A stretch of 64,000 bases of DNA from Eledone cirrhosa. Taxonomy: Eukaryota. The notes below the pieces were generated by a model. It was given only the letters and a program-made list of their open reading frames with translations, was not told the DNA's origin and did not search any database. The translations under genes were made by a program, and so were the position numbers. The stretch spans positions 1 to 64,000 of the forward strand of contig CAXHJY010001251.1 in assembly GCA_964016885.1 (NCBI GenBank). The letters are read 5' to 3'. Of the stretch, positions 1 through 13,887 are shown in pieces. Numbering within the stretch: the first letter of the stretch is position 1; each line of letters starts with the position of its first letter.

Positions 1-729
1 ACAACTATGAGCGCAGCAGAATAGTATGGAAACACCTAACTGACACAATTATAGATCTTACCAGTACACGCAGCAGAATAGTATGGAAAACCTGACACAA
101 TTGTACAAGATCTTACCAGTACACATGAACTCGAGTACATAAACGTCAGTTAATCCCTTTGATAGCAACCCACAAAACTGGCTCTGGTTTTATAGAACAA
201 AACCCCCTATTTTAAAGGGATCTTCTTTAACCCTTTTTGATACCAACCCACAAAAAACGGCTCTGGTTTTATGAAATAAAACCCCATATTTTAAAGGGAC
301 TTTCTTTAACCTTTTGATATAAAAACCCAGCTGAAACTGCCCCCTGGTGCTACAATAAAAAAAAAATTTTTTTATTTATATTTATCTAAAAACTTTCATA
401 ATTTTATGTTAGAACCTTTGTTGTGTTATGTTCCCAGTACCAGTTCAACAATGAAAAAGTTAGCTTATATTACTAAATCTCTCCTAATTCTTCAGTTTTC
501 AAAATCTTTCACTAGAAATATGGTAGTGAAAGGGGTTACAATATCAAAGTCCCTATCAATAACCGAGAGAAGTAATAAATAAATAGTGGACTAGAAAGGA
601 CCTCAGTCAGTTTCTATGATGAACGTTCCAGGTTGTTTGATAAACAAAAACATCCTGCTTAGTGGAATTTGAAGAGTAAGAACAAATACCACAAAATGTT
701 TTGCCAGACACTCCAACCATTCTGACAAT

Positions 730-1575
730 TCTAAGCACAAAGGCAGCAATTTTGAGAAGGGGAAAGTCAATGGGACTGACCCCACCAAGTACTTTTATCC
801 CAGAAGGAGAAAAAACAATGTTGCCCTCTATGAGATTTGTACTTAAGTGCTGAAAAGTATTTTGTCCATCATTTTACTGATTCTTCCAACCCACCACCCT
901 AATAATAATAATTTTTTCTACTTTTGGCACAAGACCAGCAATCTGAGGGAGAGGAGAAAATAGATTAAATCAACCCAGTGCATTACTGGTACTTTATTTT
1001 ATCAACCCCATAAGGATGTAAGGCAAAGCTAACCTCGGCGAGATTTGCACTTAGAACGTAAAGGGCAGTAACTCTCTGCTGCAAAGCATGTTATCCATCA
1101 CTCTACTGATACTGCTAATCCACCACTCTAATAATAATAATAATAATAATCGTTTCTACTTTTGGCACAAGGCCAGCAATTACCCAGTGCATTACTGGTA
1201 CTTTATTTTATCGACCCCCGTAAGGGTGAAAGGCAAAGTTAACCGTGGCACGATTTGAACTCAGATTCATAAAGAACCACGAAGCATGTTGCCCGACACT
1301 CTACCAGTTATGCTAATCACCACCCTTATAATATCATTAATACTAATAATAATTGTTTCTACTTTTGGCACAAGGCCAGCAATCTGAAGGGGAGGGGGGG
1401 GGGGGGAATAGATTAAATCGACCCCAGCGCATTACTGGGACTTTATTTTATCGACCCCCGTAAGGATGAAAGGCAGAGTTAACATCGGCAGGATCTGAAC
1501 TCAGAACGTAAAGGGTCGTAACTCTATGCTGCAAAGCATGGCATCCGATGTTCTACCGATACTGCCAATCCACAT
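730..1575 (-). mobile_element. Head-to-tail cluster of four SINE group A copies
   Basis: tttctacttttggcacaag...ttttatcgacccc..aaggatgaaaggc repeated, separated by (AAT)n. Confidence 0.85.
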
Positions 1576-2224
1576 AATGATTTCTTTATTAACCACAAAA
1601 GGTTTATAAAAGTCACATTAAAGGAGGGTACAATAAAACACAGAGTGGGTTTACGTAAAGATGTAAAAGTAAAAATAAAAATAAAAACAATGGGGGGGAG
1701 GGGGGTGACAAAATTCCTCCAGGAAGGGAGTCAGTGGGGCTTTCCAAGGGTTACTTATGGAGAAAACCCTACAAATAATGATAACATATATCCAGTGAAG
1801 ACAAGAAAAAAAGGAAAGAAAGAAAGAAAAGCTGATTTGAAACAGGGGAGGAGGGGGGGGGGGGGGAAATATGATGAAATGAGAACAGTTGAAAATTGCA
1901 GCATGTTGAGAAATGTGAAAATTTGATAGTTTCAGCATGTGTAATAGATAACAATGATAGCTGTTACCTTGTAGAGAATGTCTGACTGTTGATTAGTAGA
2001 ATGGTAGACAGCTATCTAGCTAACTTACAACTACTCAACACTACTTATTAACTCTTAACGTCAGTACTACGTAAAAACCACATTACTTAAGACATTCTTG
2101 AAATGTATAAAAACAGTATTATGACTGCATCACATTAAAAATTGAAGTCTTTACTCTAATACTACATCATCATCATCATCATCATCATATCTGTCCATTA
2201 ATGAAAATGCCATAAACATTTGAA

Positions 2225-2944
2225 TTAACCTTTTTGATACCAAACCACCTGTACCTGTATAAAAACTGTTTGTTTTACAGTGTTGATACTTATCATGGCA
2301 GTATCGTTAGACTGTGAGACACCATGCTTTGCAGCGTAGAGTTATCACCCTTGATGATCTGAGTTCAAATCTCGCCAAGGTTTACTTTGCTTTTCATCCT
2401 TACAGGGTCGATAAAATAAAGCACCAGTAACATACTGGGGGTCATTCTATCGACTCCCCCCCACCCCTAAAAAAAATTACTGGCCTTGTGCCTATACTAG
2501 GAATCTTTATAATTTTATGTAAGAACCTTTGTTAACCCCTTTAGCATTTAAACCTCTAACCTCTTTCTGTTCAAACCAGTCCTGACATTTGTACATTATT
2601 CTATGTACTATACATGCACCTTTGATGAGTTGTAGTGCACCTGAGCACTGTACACAATAATTTCATTATTATTATTATAGTTGACTGCTTAAACGTTAAG
2701 GTATTGTTCTCAAAATAAATAATAACATCAACACAATCTTGAAGATTCAATATTATGAGGTAAGGCCATTACCACAATAATACAATTGTAGAGTAATGTA
2801 AAGGTAAAGAGTTAAGTCATATTCCAAAATCCAACTTGATGATGATAACATTAGTTATATTAATAAATTCTTGATTATTTTTCAAGATTACTTGAAAATC
2901 ACAGGCAGTGCCCCTCATTAGAAATAAGGTAATGAAAAGGTTAG
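2225..2944. mobile_element. TTAA MITE (family 2) carrying a nested SINE A, MITE family 1 and a LINE tail
   Basis: ttaacctttttgatacc...gtaatgaaaagggttag; uninterrupted relatives at ~305-540 and 59338-59588. Confidence 0.7.
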
Positions 2945-3864
2945 CAAACTTATTTGAGATATTTTCTGCTAAATCATTACTCAATGTTAATAGTTAACAA
3001 GAAATCTAGTAGCCAGTAATACAGCAGGCCTTAACAGCTAGTAACCAGTAATACAGCAGGTCTCAGTTAGGCAGCCACCAGCAATATAGCAAAACCTAAT
3101 AAAGGCAACCAGTAACAGTAAAAGAGCAGGCCCAACAACCAGTAACCAGCAATACAGCTAGTCACAACACTTGAGCAACAATAAGAGGTGAAACAAGTGA
3201 AGAAAGTTTGGTTAAACAACCATGAAAGCAATATCTAAACTATAATAAAGTACGGAGTGTCGGACTGCGTCCAGAATATTTTTTTTTATCCCATTTGTAA
3301 AATAAGTTGGATTGCTTTGAATAAATAATTGTTTCTACTTTAGGCACAAGGCCAGCAATTACCCAGTGCATTACTGGTACTTTATTTTATCGACCCCGTA
3401 AGGATGAAAGGCAAAGTCAACCTCGGCGGGATTTGAATAAATAATGAATGAATATTACATAATTTATCTATTAAATTTCGTTATTCTTGATTAAATATAA
3501 ATAATTTTGTTATTTATTTTAAGATTCACTTCTTTATAATTTTCAAATGTCAACACTTCCGGTTCGCGATCGCTTAAATAAACATTCATATATTTCCGTC
3601 ACTAATTTTCTCCTAATGCAGTTTATATATAATATCGTCTTTTTTTAATGTATCATGGATTACGTTACTGATTACATAAGACAGTGTAACGCAGTCTTCG
3701 TTCAATTTCTGTGTATATTGTCAATTACAATTTTATTTGATGTATCATATCTACATGTATATATACTTGCGTATAATATCAATATACACACTACACATGC
3801 TAGCAGAAAACCACCAGAAGGGTGGTTTTCTGCTAGTAACTGTAATGAGAGAGAGAGGTGTGCA

Positions 3865-6800
3865 GGTGTGTGGCCTAGTGGTTAGGATGTTGGACTGTTG
3901 ACCATAGTGAAGGTGTAGTGTGGCCTAGTGGTTAGGATGTTGGACTGTTGACCATAGTGAAGGTGTAGTGTGGCCTAGTGGTTAGGATGTTGGACTGTTG
4001 ACCATAGTGAAGGTGTGTGATGTGACCTAGTGGTTAGGGTGTTGGACTGTTGACCATAGTGAAGGTGTAGTGTGGCCTAGTGGTTAGGATGTTGGACTGT
4101 TGACCATAGTGAAGGTGTAGTGTGGCCTAGTGGTTAGGGTTTTGAACTGTTGACCATAGTGAAGGTGTGTGATGTGACCTAGTGGTTAGAATGTTGGACT
4201 GTTGACCATAGTGAAGGTGTGTGATGTGACCTAGTGGTTAGAATGTTGGACTGTTGACCATAGTGAAGGTGTGTGATGTGGCCTAGTGGTTAGGATGTTG
4301 GACTGTTGACCATAGTGAAGGTGTAGTGTGGCCTAGTGGTTAGGATGTTGGACTGTTGACCATAGTGAAGGTGTGTGATGTGACCTAGTGGTTAGAATGT
4401 TGGACTGTTGACCATAGTGAAGGTGTGTGATGTGACCTAGTGGTTAGAATGTTGGACTGTTGACCATAGTGAAGGTGTGTGATGTGGCCTAGTGGTTAGG
4501 ATGTTGGACTGTTGACCATAGTGAAGGTGTAGTGTGGCCTAGTGGTTAGGATGTTGGACTGTTGACCATAGTGAAGGTGTGTGATGTGACCTAGTGGTTA
4601 GGGTGTTGGACTGTTGACCATAGTGAAGGTGTAGTGTGGCCTAGTGGTTAGGATGTTGGACTGTTGACCATAGTGAAGGTGTAGTGTGGCCTAGTGGTTA
4701 GGGTTTTGAACTGTTGACCATAGTGAAGGTGTGTGATGTGACCTAGTGGTTAGAATGTTGGACTGTTGACCATAGTGAAGGTGTGTGATGTGACCTAGTG
4801 GTTAGAATGTTGGACTGTTGACCATAGTGAAGGTGTGTGATGTGACCTAGTGGTTAGGATGTTGGACTGTTGACCATAGTGAAGGTGTGTGATGTGACCT
4901 AGTGGTTAGAATGTTGGACTGTTGACCATAGTGAAGGTGTGTGATGTGACCTAGTGGTTAGGATGTTGGACTGTTGACCATAGTGAAGGTGTGTGATGTG
5001 ACCTAGTGGTTAGAATATTGGACTGTTGACCATAGTGAAGGTGTGTGATGTGACCTAGTGGTTAGGATGTTGGACTGTTGACCATAGTGAAGGTGTGTGA
5101 TGTGACCTAGTGGTTAGAATGTTGGACTGTTGACCATAGTGAAGGTGTGTGATGTGGCCTAGTGGTTAGGATGTTGGACTGTTGACCATAGTGAAGGTGT
5201 AGTGTGGCCTAGTGGTTAGGATGTTGGACTGTTGACCATAGTGAAGGTGTGTGATGTGACCTAGTGGTTAGAATGTTGGACTGTTGACCATAGTGAAGGT
5301 GTGTGATGTGGCCTAGTGGTTAGGGTTTTGAACTGTTAACCATAGTGAAGGTGTGTGATGTGACCTAGTGGTTAGAATGTTGGACTGTTGACCATAGTGA
5401 AGGTATGTGATGTGACCTAGTGGTTAGGGTTTTGAACTGTTGACCATAGTGAAGGTGTGTGATGTGACCTAGTGGTTAGAATGTTGGACTGTTGACCATA
5501 GTGAAGGTGTGTGATGTGACCTAGTGGTTAGGATGTTGGACTGTTGACCATAGTGAAGGTGTAGTGTGGCCTAGTGGTTAGGATGTTGGACTGTTGACCA
5601 TAGTGAAGGTGTGTGATGTGACCTAGTGGTTAGAATGTTGGACTGTTAACCATAGTGAAGGTGTGTGATGTGACCTAGTGGTTAGGATGTTGGACTGTTG
5701 ACCATAGTGAAGGTGTAGTGTGGCCTAGTGGTTAGGATGTTGGACTGTTGACCATAGTGAAGGTGTGTGATGTGACCTAGTGGTTAGGGTGTTGGACTGT
5801 TGACCATAGTGAAGGTGTAGTGTGGCCTAGTGGTTAGGATGTTGGACTGTTGACCATAGTGAAGGTGTAGTGTGGCCTAGTGGTTAGGGTTTTGAACTGT
5901 TGACCATAGTGAAGGTGTGTGATGTGACCTAGTGGTTAGAATGTTGGACTGTTGACCATAGTGAAGGTGTGTGATGTGACCTAGTGGTTAGAATGTTGGA
6001 CTGTTGACCATAGTGAAGGTGTGTGATGTGACCTAGTGGTTAGGATGTTGGACTGTTGACCATAGTGAAGGTGTGTGATGTGACCTAGTGGTTAGAATGT
6101 TGGACTGTTGACCATAGTGAAGGTGTGTGATGTGACCTAGTGGTTAGGATGTTGGACTGTTGACCATAGTGAAGGTGTGTGATGTGACCTAGTGGTTAGA
6201 ATATTGGACTGTTGACCATAGTGAAGGTGTGTGATGTGACCTAGTGGTTAGGATGTTGGACTGTTGACCATAGTGAAGGTGTGTGATGTGACCTAGTGGT
6301 TAGAATGTTGGACTGTTGACCATAGTGAAGGTGTGTGATGTGGCCTAGTGGTTAGGATGTTGGACTGTTGACCATAGTGAAGGTGTAGTGTGGCCTAGTG
6401 GTTAGGATGTTGGACTGTTGACCATAGTGAAGGTGTGTGATGTGACCTAGTGGTTAGAATGTTGGACTGTTGACCATAGTGAAGGTGTGTGATGTGACCT
6501 AGTGGTTAGAATGTTGGACTGTTGACCATAGTGAAGGTGTGTGATGTGGCCTAGTGGTTAGGATGTTGGACTGTTGACCATAGTGAAGGTGTAGTGTGGC
6601 CTAGTGGTTAGGATGTTGGACTGTTGACCATAGTGAAGGTGTGTGATGTGACCTAGTGGTTAGAATGTTGGACTGTTGACCATAGTGAAGGTGTGTGATG
6701 TGGCCTAGTGGTTAGGGTTTTGAACTGTTAACCATAGTGAAGGTGTGTGATGTGACCTAGTGGTTAGAATGTTGGACTGTTGACCATAGTGAAGGTATGT

Positions 6801-8295
6801 GATGTGACCTAGTGGTTAGGGTTTTGAACTGTTGACCATAGTGAAGGTGTGTGATGTGACCTAGTGGTTAGAATGTTGGACTGTTGACCATAGTGAAGGT
6901 GTGTGATGTGACCTAGTGGTTAGGATGTTGGACTGTTGACCATAGTGAAGGTGTAGTGTGGCCTAGTGGTTAGGATGTTGGACTGTTGACCATAGTGAAG
7001 GTGTGTGATGTGACCTAGTGGTTAGAATGTTGGACTGTTGACCATAGTGAAGGTGTGTGATGTGGCCTAGTGGTTAGGGTTTTGAACTGTTAACCATAGT
7101 GAAGGTGTGTGATGTGACCTAGTGGTTAGAATGTTGGACTGTTGACCATAGTGAAGGTATGTGATGTGACCTAGTGGTTAGGGTTTTGAACTGTTGACCA
7201 TAGTGAAGGTGTGTGATGTGACCTAGTGGTTAGAATGTTGGACTGTTAACCATAGTGAAGGTGTGTGATGTGACCTAGTGGTTAGGATGTTGGACTGTTG
7301 ACCATAGTGAAGGTGTGTGATGTGACCTAGTGGTTAGGATGTTGGACTGTTGACCATAGTGAAGATGTGTGATGTGACCTAGTGGTTAGAATGTTGGACT
7401 GTTGACCATAGTGAAGGTGTGTGATGTGACCTAGTGGTTAGAATGTTGGACTGTTGACCATAGTGAAGGTGTGTGATGTGACCTAGTGGTTAGAATGTTG
7501 GACTGTTGACCATAGTGAAGGTGTGTGATGTGACCTAGTGGTTAGGATGTTGGACTGTTGACCATAGTGAAGGTGTGTGATGTGACCTAGTGGTTAGAAT
7601 GTTGGACTGTTGACCATAGTGAAGGTGTGTGATGTGACCTAGTGGTTAGAATGTTGGACTGTTGACCATAGTGAAGGTGTGTGATGTGACCTAGTGGTTA
7701 GGATGTTGGACTGTTGACCATAGTGAGGGTGTAGTGTGGCCTAGTGGTTAGGATGTTGGACTGTTGACCATAGTGAAGGTGTGTGATGTGACCTAGTAGT
7801 TAGGGTGGACTGTTGACCATAGTGAAGGTGTGTGATGTGACCTAGTGGTTAGGGTGTAGGACTGTTGACCATAGTGAAGGTGTGTGATGTGACCTAGTGG
7901 TTAGGATGTTGGACTGTTGACCATAGTGAAGGTGTGTGATGTGGCCTAGTGGTTAGGATGTTGGACTGTTGACCATAGTGAAGGTGTGTGGTGTGACCTA
8001 GTGGTTAGGATGTTGGACTGTTGACCATAGTGAAGGTGTGTGGTGTGACCTAGTGGTTAGGGTGTTGGACTATTGACCATAGTGAAGGTGTGTGATGTGG
8101 CCTAGTGGTTAGGATGTTGGACTGTTGACCATAGTGAAGGTGTGTCATGTGACCTAGTGGTTAGGGTGTTGGACTGTTGACCATAGTGAAGGTGTGTGAT
8201 GTGGCCTAGTGGTTAGGGTGTCGGACTTGACCATACTGAAGGTGTGTGATGTGGCTTAGTGGTTAAGGTGCTGGATCATTGACTGTAGTGAGGGT
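3865..8295 (+). repeat. 50/52-bp satellite, roughly 85 copies, derived from a tRNA-SINE head
   Basis: Unit tggcctagtggttaggatgttggactgttgaccatagtgaaggtgtagtg (52-bp variant ...gtgtgatg); carries a Pol III A-box TGGCCTAGTGG; similar to SINE heads at 49483 and 50255-50320. Confidence 0.95.
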
Positions 8296-8469
8296 TTGTC
8301 CCCTATTGGTTTGATATCAAAAGGGTTAATGTTTGATGACAGGGAAACCTAAGTAATAGTTAAAGCATTAGATTCATGATCTTCAGGTTATGGACTCAAT
8401 TCCTGGTCTGGGCAGCAGGTTGTATTCTTGAACAAAAGACTGGAGCTCGTATCATTAGACCACAAGTGA

Positions 8470-9045
8470 AACCTTGCAGATGCAACCTTGTAAAAGACCA
8501 GTTAAACCTACATAGGTGTGAATTGTAACATGATAGGATTGGAGACCCTATCATGAGAGAAGAAACCTCATATGAGATACAACCTTAGAGAAGGCCAGCT
8601 AAACCTACATATATGTGGATTGTAACAATATGATAAGACTTAGGTCCCTATTATCATAACACCTAAGAAAGCTCCTATGAGATGTAAAGCTCGGAGGCCA
8701 GCTGAACCTGCATCAATATGGCCTGGCCATCCTATTTGATGTAATCTTGTTGGAAGTCAGCTAAACCTGCATGTAACCATCCTATGAGACATAACATTGT
8801 AGGAGGCCAGCTAAACCTGTGTGTGAACATTCTATGTGATGTAACCTTGTTGGAGGCCAGCTAAACCTGCATACATGTGACCATCCTATGAGACATACCC
8901 TCATATAAGGCCAGTTAAACCTGCGTGTGACCATCCTGTAAGACATACCCTCGTATGAGGCCAGCTAAACTTACATATGTGTGACCATCCTATGTGATGT
9001 AACACTGTTGTAGGTCAACTAAACTTATGTAGGTGTGAACTGTAA
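8470..9045. repeat. Degenerate ~55-60-bp tandem repeats following a decayed SINE head
   Basis: Recurrent ggccagctaaacctgc...ccatcctatgagac; the same motif occurs at ~24800-24840 and inverted at ~23318-23375. Confidence 0.75.
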
Positions 9046-9289
9046 TGACAATGTGACAATATTAATAACACCGAAAACATAGAACATAGAAAACAAAACA
9101 AACAACACAAATATCAAAGAAACTAAAAGACAAGGTGAAGTTGTTTAAAGACAAGGAAATGTTGTCGGACAGCTGCTGTGAGATTTGAGGTTAGTAACTT
9201 AGATTCCATTAATGGAAGTCCTGCTGAAATTTCATGTTAGAAACACTTTCAAGTTTTGACATTAAACAGATTGGTCTGTTAAACACACC

Positions 9290-10570
9290 ATCATCATCAC
9301 AGCAATCACCACCAACAACGCCATTATTATCACCACCACCAACACCACCAACACCATCACTACCATCACAATCCCACTAACACCGCCAATGCCATCACCA
9401 CCAACAACGCCATTATTATCACCAACACCATCAGTACCATCACAATCCCACTAACACCGCCAATGCCATCACCACCAACAACGCCATTATTATCACCACC
9501 ACCAACACCATCACTACCATCACAATCCCACTAATACCGCCAATGCCATCACCACCAACAACGCCATTATTATCACCACCACCACCAACACCATCACTAC
9601 CATCACAATCCCACTAACACCGCCAATGCCATCACCACCAACAACGCCATTATTATCACCACCACCAACACCATCACTACCATCACAATCCCACTAATAC
9701 CGCCAATGCCATCACCACCAACAACGCCATTATTATCACCACCACCACCAACACCATCACTACCATCACAATCCCACTAACACCGCCAATGCCATCACCA
9801 CCAACAACGCCATTATTATCACCAACACCACCAACACCATCACTACCATCACAATCCCACTAACACCGCCAATGCCATCACCACCAACAACGCCATTATT
9901 ATCACCAACACCAACACCATCACTACCATCACAATCCCACTAATACCGCCAATGCCATCACCACCAACAACGCCATTATTATCACCACCACCAACACCAT
10001 CACTACCATCACAATCCCACTAATACCGCCAATGCCATCACCACCAACAACGCCATTATTATCACCAACACCAACACCATCACTACCATCACAATCCCAC
10101 TAATACCGCCAATGCCATCACCACCAACAACGCCATTATTATCACCAACACCAACACCATCACTACCATCACAATCCCACTAACACCGCCAATGCCATCA
10201 CCACCAACAACGCCATTATTATCACCACCACCACCAACACCATCACTACCATCACAATCCCACTAACACCGCCAATGCCATCACCACCAACAACGCCATT
10301 ATTATCACCACCACCACCAACACCATCACTACCATCACAATCCCACTAACACCGCCAATGCCATCACCACCAACAACGCCATTATTATCACCACCACCAC
10401 CAACACCATCACTACCATCACAATCCCACTAACACCGCCAATGCCATCACCACCAACAACGCCATTATTATCACCACCACCATCACAATCCCACTAACAC
10501 CACCAATACCACCGCCATCACCATCACCACCAACATCACCACTACCAATAGCATCAACACCACCAACAAT
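9290..10570. repeat. ~80-bp CAC-rich minisatellite, about 15 copies
   Basis: aacgccattattatcacc recurs every ~74-89 bp. Confidence 0.92.
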
Positions 10571-10871
10571 CAGATTTCATTCAATTATAACACACACACA
10601 CAGACAAATACATACATACAGACATAGACATATACACACACATATACATGACAGACATACACACAGACACAAAGACATACACACACGCAGACACAAAGAC
10701 ATACACACACGCAGACACAAAGACGCACACACAAAGACACACACAGACATGCACACACACAAAGACATACGCAGACACATGCACGCACACACAAAGACAT
10801 ACAGTATGTAAGGTCAACATAAATGTTTGAAAGGTCAAATTTTGGTAAAGGAATAACAACATTTACAATTT

Positions 10872-11160
10872 CAGAGAGAGACTTCAAAGATCCTGATGTC
10901 ATGAAACTGAGGCTTACTGGTGAGGTTGTTTGGGCTGATAATAGTAAGTGTGTGAGTTCAATTCCTAGACTGTGCAGTGGTGTGTATTGTGTCATTGAAA
11001 ATGACACAATACACAATGCTTCAAAGATCCTGAAGTTGTGAAACTCAGTGGCTTAGTGGTTAAGTTGTTTGGGCCGATAATAGTAAGGTTGTGAGTTCAA
11101 TTCCTAGACTGTGCAGTGGTGTGTGTTGTGTCATTGAGAGAGAGAGAGACTTCAAAAGAT
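10872..11160 (+). repeat. Tandem duplication of a decayed SINE head (2 copies of ~135 bp)
   Basis: cttcaaagatcctga...gagttcaattcctagactgtgcagtggtgtgt occurs twice. Confidence 0.75.
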
Positions 11161-12015
11161 CCTTCTCATCATCACCACCACCATTTAACGTCCATTTGCC
11201 ATGCTAGCATGGGTTAGACAGGTTGCTCCGTCGTGAGATAAGCCAGGTCCAATGACCATAACTTGCTCATACAGGACTGGTTTGGGCTTGGTTTCTACGG
11301 CTAAATGCCCTCCCTAACACCAACCACATTTACAGTGTGTGCTGATGTCTGTTAGAACAGTTGTGATGCTTTTCCTATCAGCCAGCCTGTGAAACTCTGC
11401 AAGTGGATGAGCTTTCCACTGACTATTTGGTTCTCAGGGAGACTCAGCATGACAATGTGTGACAAGGCAAGCCCTTTGATATTACATGTACAGGGAACAG
11501 AGGGAGGGAGGAGGTGGAAATAAAAACAAACAGCAGCAACAATGCTCCTCATAAATATATATATATGTACACATATATATACACGCACAGAGAGATAATA
11601 GGTGACTGAGGCAGAGACTGTGTGCGTGCGGAGAGAGAGAGAAAAAGAGGGAGGGACAGAGAGAGAGGGAGAGAGAGAGGCTCAATTTTCACCACACCAA
11701 TGAATTATTGATATTATTGATTATGCCAAAAAGTCAATCCTATATATTGGTCCTGCTCTTAGCTGGTGCTGCTCACAAGGAATTTCAATTTGAAATAATT
11801 CTTCATTTTGTTTTATTTGAGACCCCCCCCCCCCCCCCCCCAAAAAAGGAAGACAAAAGCCGTGAGTAAATGGAAATCCACCAAACAGACTAGGAAGTTG
11901 ATACAAACTTAAAAGAAAATTACAAAGTAAAATGAAAAAGTAATTGGAGCAAAAACAAACAAAAAACAGACCAAATAAATGAAAGGATAGTTTAGTAATG
12001 TGTGTGTGCGTGTGC

Positions 12016-12049
<34 letters not shown>

Positions 12050-12414
12050 TTGTTTATGGTACATGTGTATATATATATATATATATTTGTTTATGGTATA
12101 TGTGTATATATATATATATATTTGTTTATGGTACATGTTAATACACTTAACGTTTTATCATTGTATTTTATTGTGTCATCTATATTGTTTCTGTAAATTA
12201 ACCGGGGATTATCTATTTTATTATATTATATTGAATTATATAATTTTGTTGTTTATTATTTGTTATATGTGTTTCTTGTAATTATATCATATTATTGCCT
12301 CATGTATATTGGGTAGATGTATTAGTATTATTTTCACTCTTATGCTTATTTTTAATATTCAAACTTCTAATAGGGCTTAATTTTTGTGTAGTCGAACATA
12401 GATGTGTGTGTTGT

Positions 12415-12454
<40 letters not shown>

Positions 12455-12794
12455 CATATATACATGTATATATTGTACCTTTTGATTTTTAATTTGGAAT
12501 TTTAATGTTGGTAAAAGTATATTATTATTATAATGTATTATATTGTGTTATATATAATTCCTGCTCTATATAACCAAATTTGTTTAGATTTAGGTTGGTT
12601 GCTTTGGACTATATTTGTAATATGGTTCTTAATGTTATCTACATCCTTAGTTATTCTTATTATATATTTTTATTATTTTTATCTTTATTTTCATTTTTAT
12701 TATCATATATTTTTGTAAGACATTAGTGTATGTACACTCCATATTCTTCAGAGTTTCTGGCTTGTATCTGCCGATATTACCTCTTGTTGTTTTG

Positions 12795-12839
12795 ATTGCC
12801 CTGATGAGTCCTTAATAGGACGAAACATTGTCGGCTAAT
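12795..12839 (+). ncRNA. Minimal type-I hammerhead ribozyme
   Basis: AUUGCC CUGAUGA GUCCU-UAAU-AGGAC GAAA C-AUU-G UC/ GGCUAAU, followed by AATAAA; GUC cleavage after 12832. Confidence 0.85.
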
Positions 12840-13887
12840 AAAAAGTTTTGATGTATTAAAGGATTCTTTGTTTTACTCTCTTAATATATATATATATATA
12901 TATATATCATCATCATTGTTGTTTAACGCCCATTTTCCATGCTAGCATATATAAAGCATCCAGTACTCACTGTAAATGAGGTTGGTGTTAGGAAAGGCAT
13001 CCAGCAGTAGAAATCAAGACAAAATCAGTTCCCGTATGAGCAAGACATGGTCACTCGACTTGGCATTGCCCACAACAGGACAACACCCGTCTAACCCATT
13101 CTAGTGTGGAAAAATGGACGTAAAACGGTGATGATGAGGATATATATATATATATGATTTTATTAACAGTTCAATCGAAAACCCCAAAACTATCAAAGCC
13201 CCACACATCTTTCCCAACACTACTTAATGGCAAGCCCCAAATAGCCCCAAACCTTCTTAAGATCTACCCCTCCATGCCATTGCTACAACAGAAATGCAGT
13301 TTAAATAATTTCTTATCAAATCCTTAATCTAACCAATTGTTACTAGTCTCCTAACTACCTCCATAAAAATGTTTACATTACTCTCTATATTTACTATTAT
13401 ATTTTCATGGTAAAGGCTTTATCTCACGTAATTATCTCACATAATATCAAATTTATGAGATTTTGATATCATTTATTTTGAGAACAGTACCTTAACATCA
13501 GTATGAGCAGCCGGTTACAGCCAGTTTGAACAGAAAGAGGTGAGAGAATCCTGGTTGGATACGGCCAGTTTAAATGCTAAAGGTTTAAATACACAAGTTG
13601 CTGATATCCGAATGGCTAAATGTCAGTAGAAAGGCACTCAGGAGTTATAATCTGGGTGAGATCTGGCCCTACTAAAATGTAAAAGGTTCAGGGCTGAAAC
13701 ACTTGCTTGACGAAGGAGGAGGGTGGAGAGGTTTCTTCTCTGAAGACCTTCTGCTTTCCAGCTCTCCTGGGAGATACTTGCCACTACTGTGTTGTAAAAC
13801 TTGAGTAGAATGCACATTGTTAAGTGGCTGGTCTTAGGAATGGCAGCCAATTGTAGAAATCAGGCAACAAAAATTGGAAGATATAAG

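Noticed and set aside
3865-8295. CRISPR-like array or tRNA gene cluster
   Set aside because: No unique spacers, no cas genes, eukaryotic context; units lack a B-box and cloverleaf.
13638-13850. 70-aa ORF as a host exon
   Set aside because: No recognisable similarity or convincing splice-site pair.
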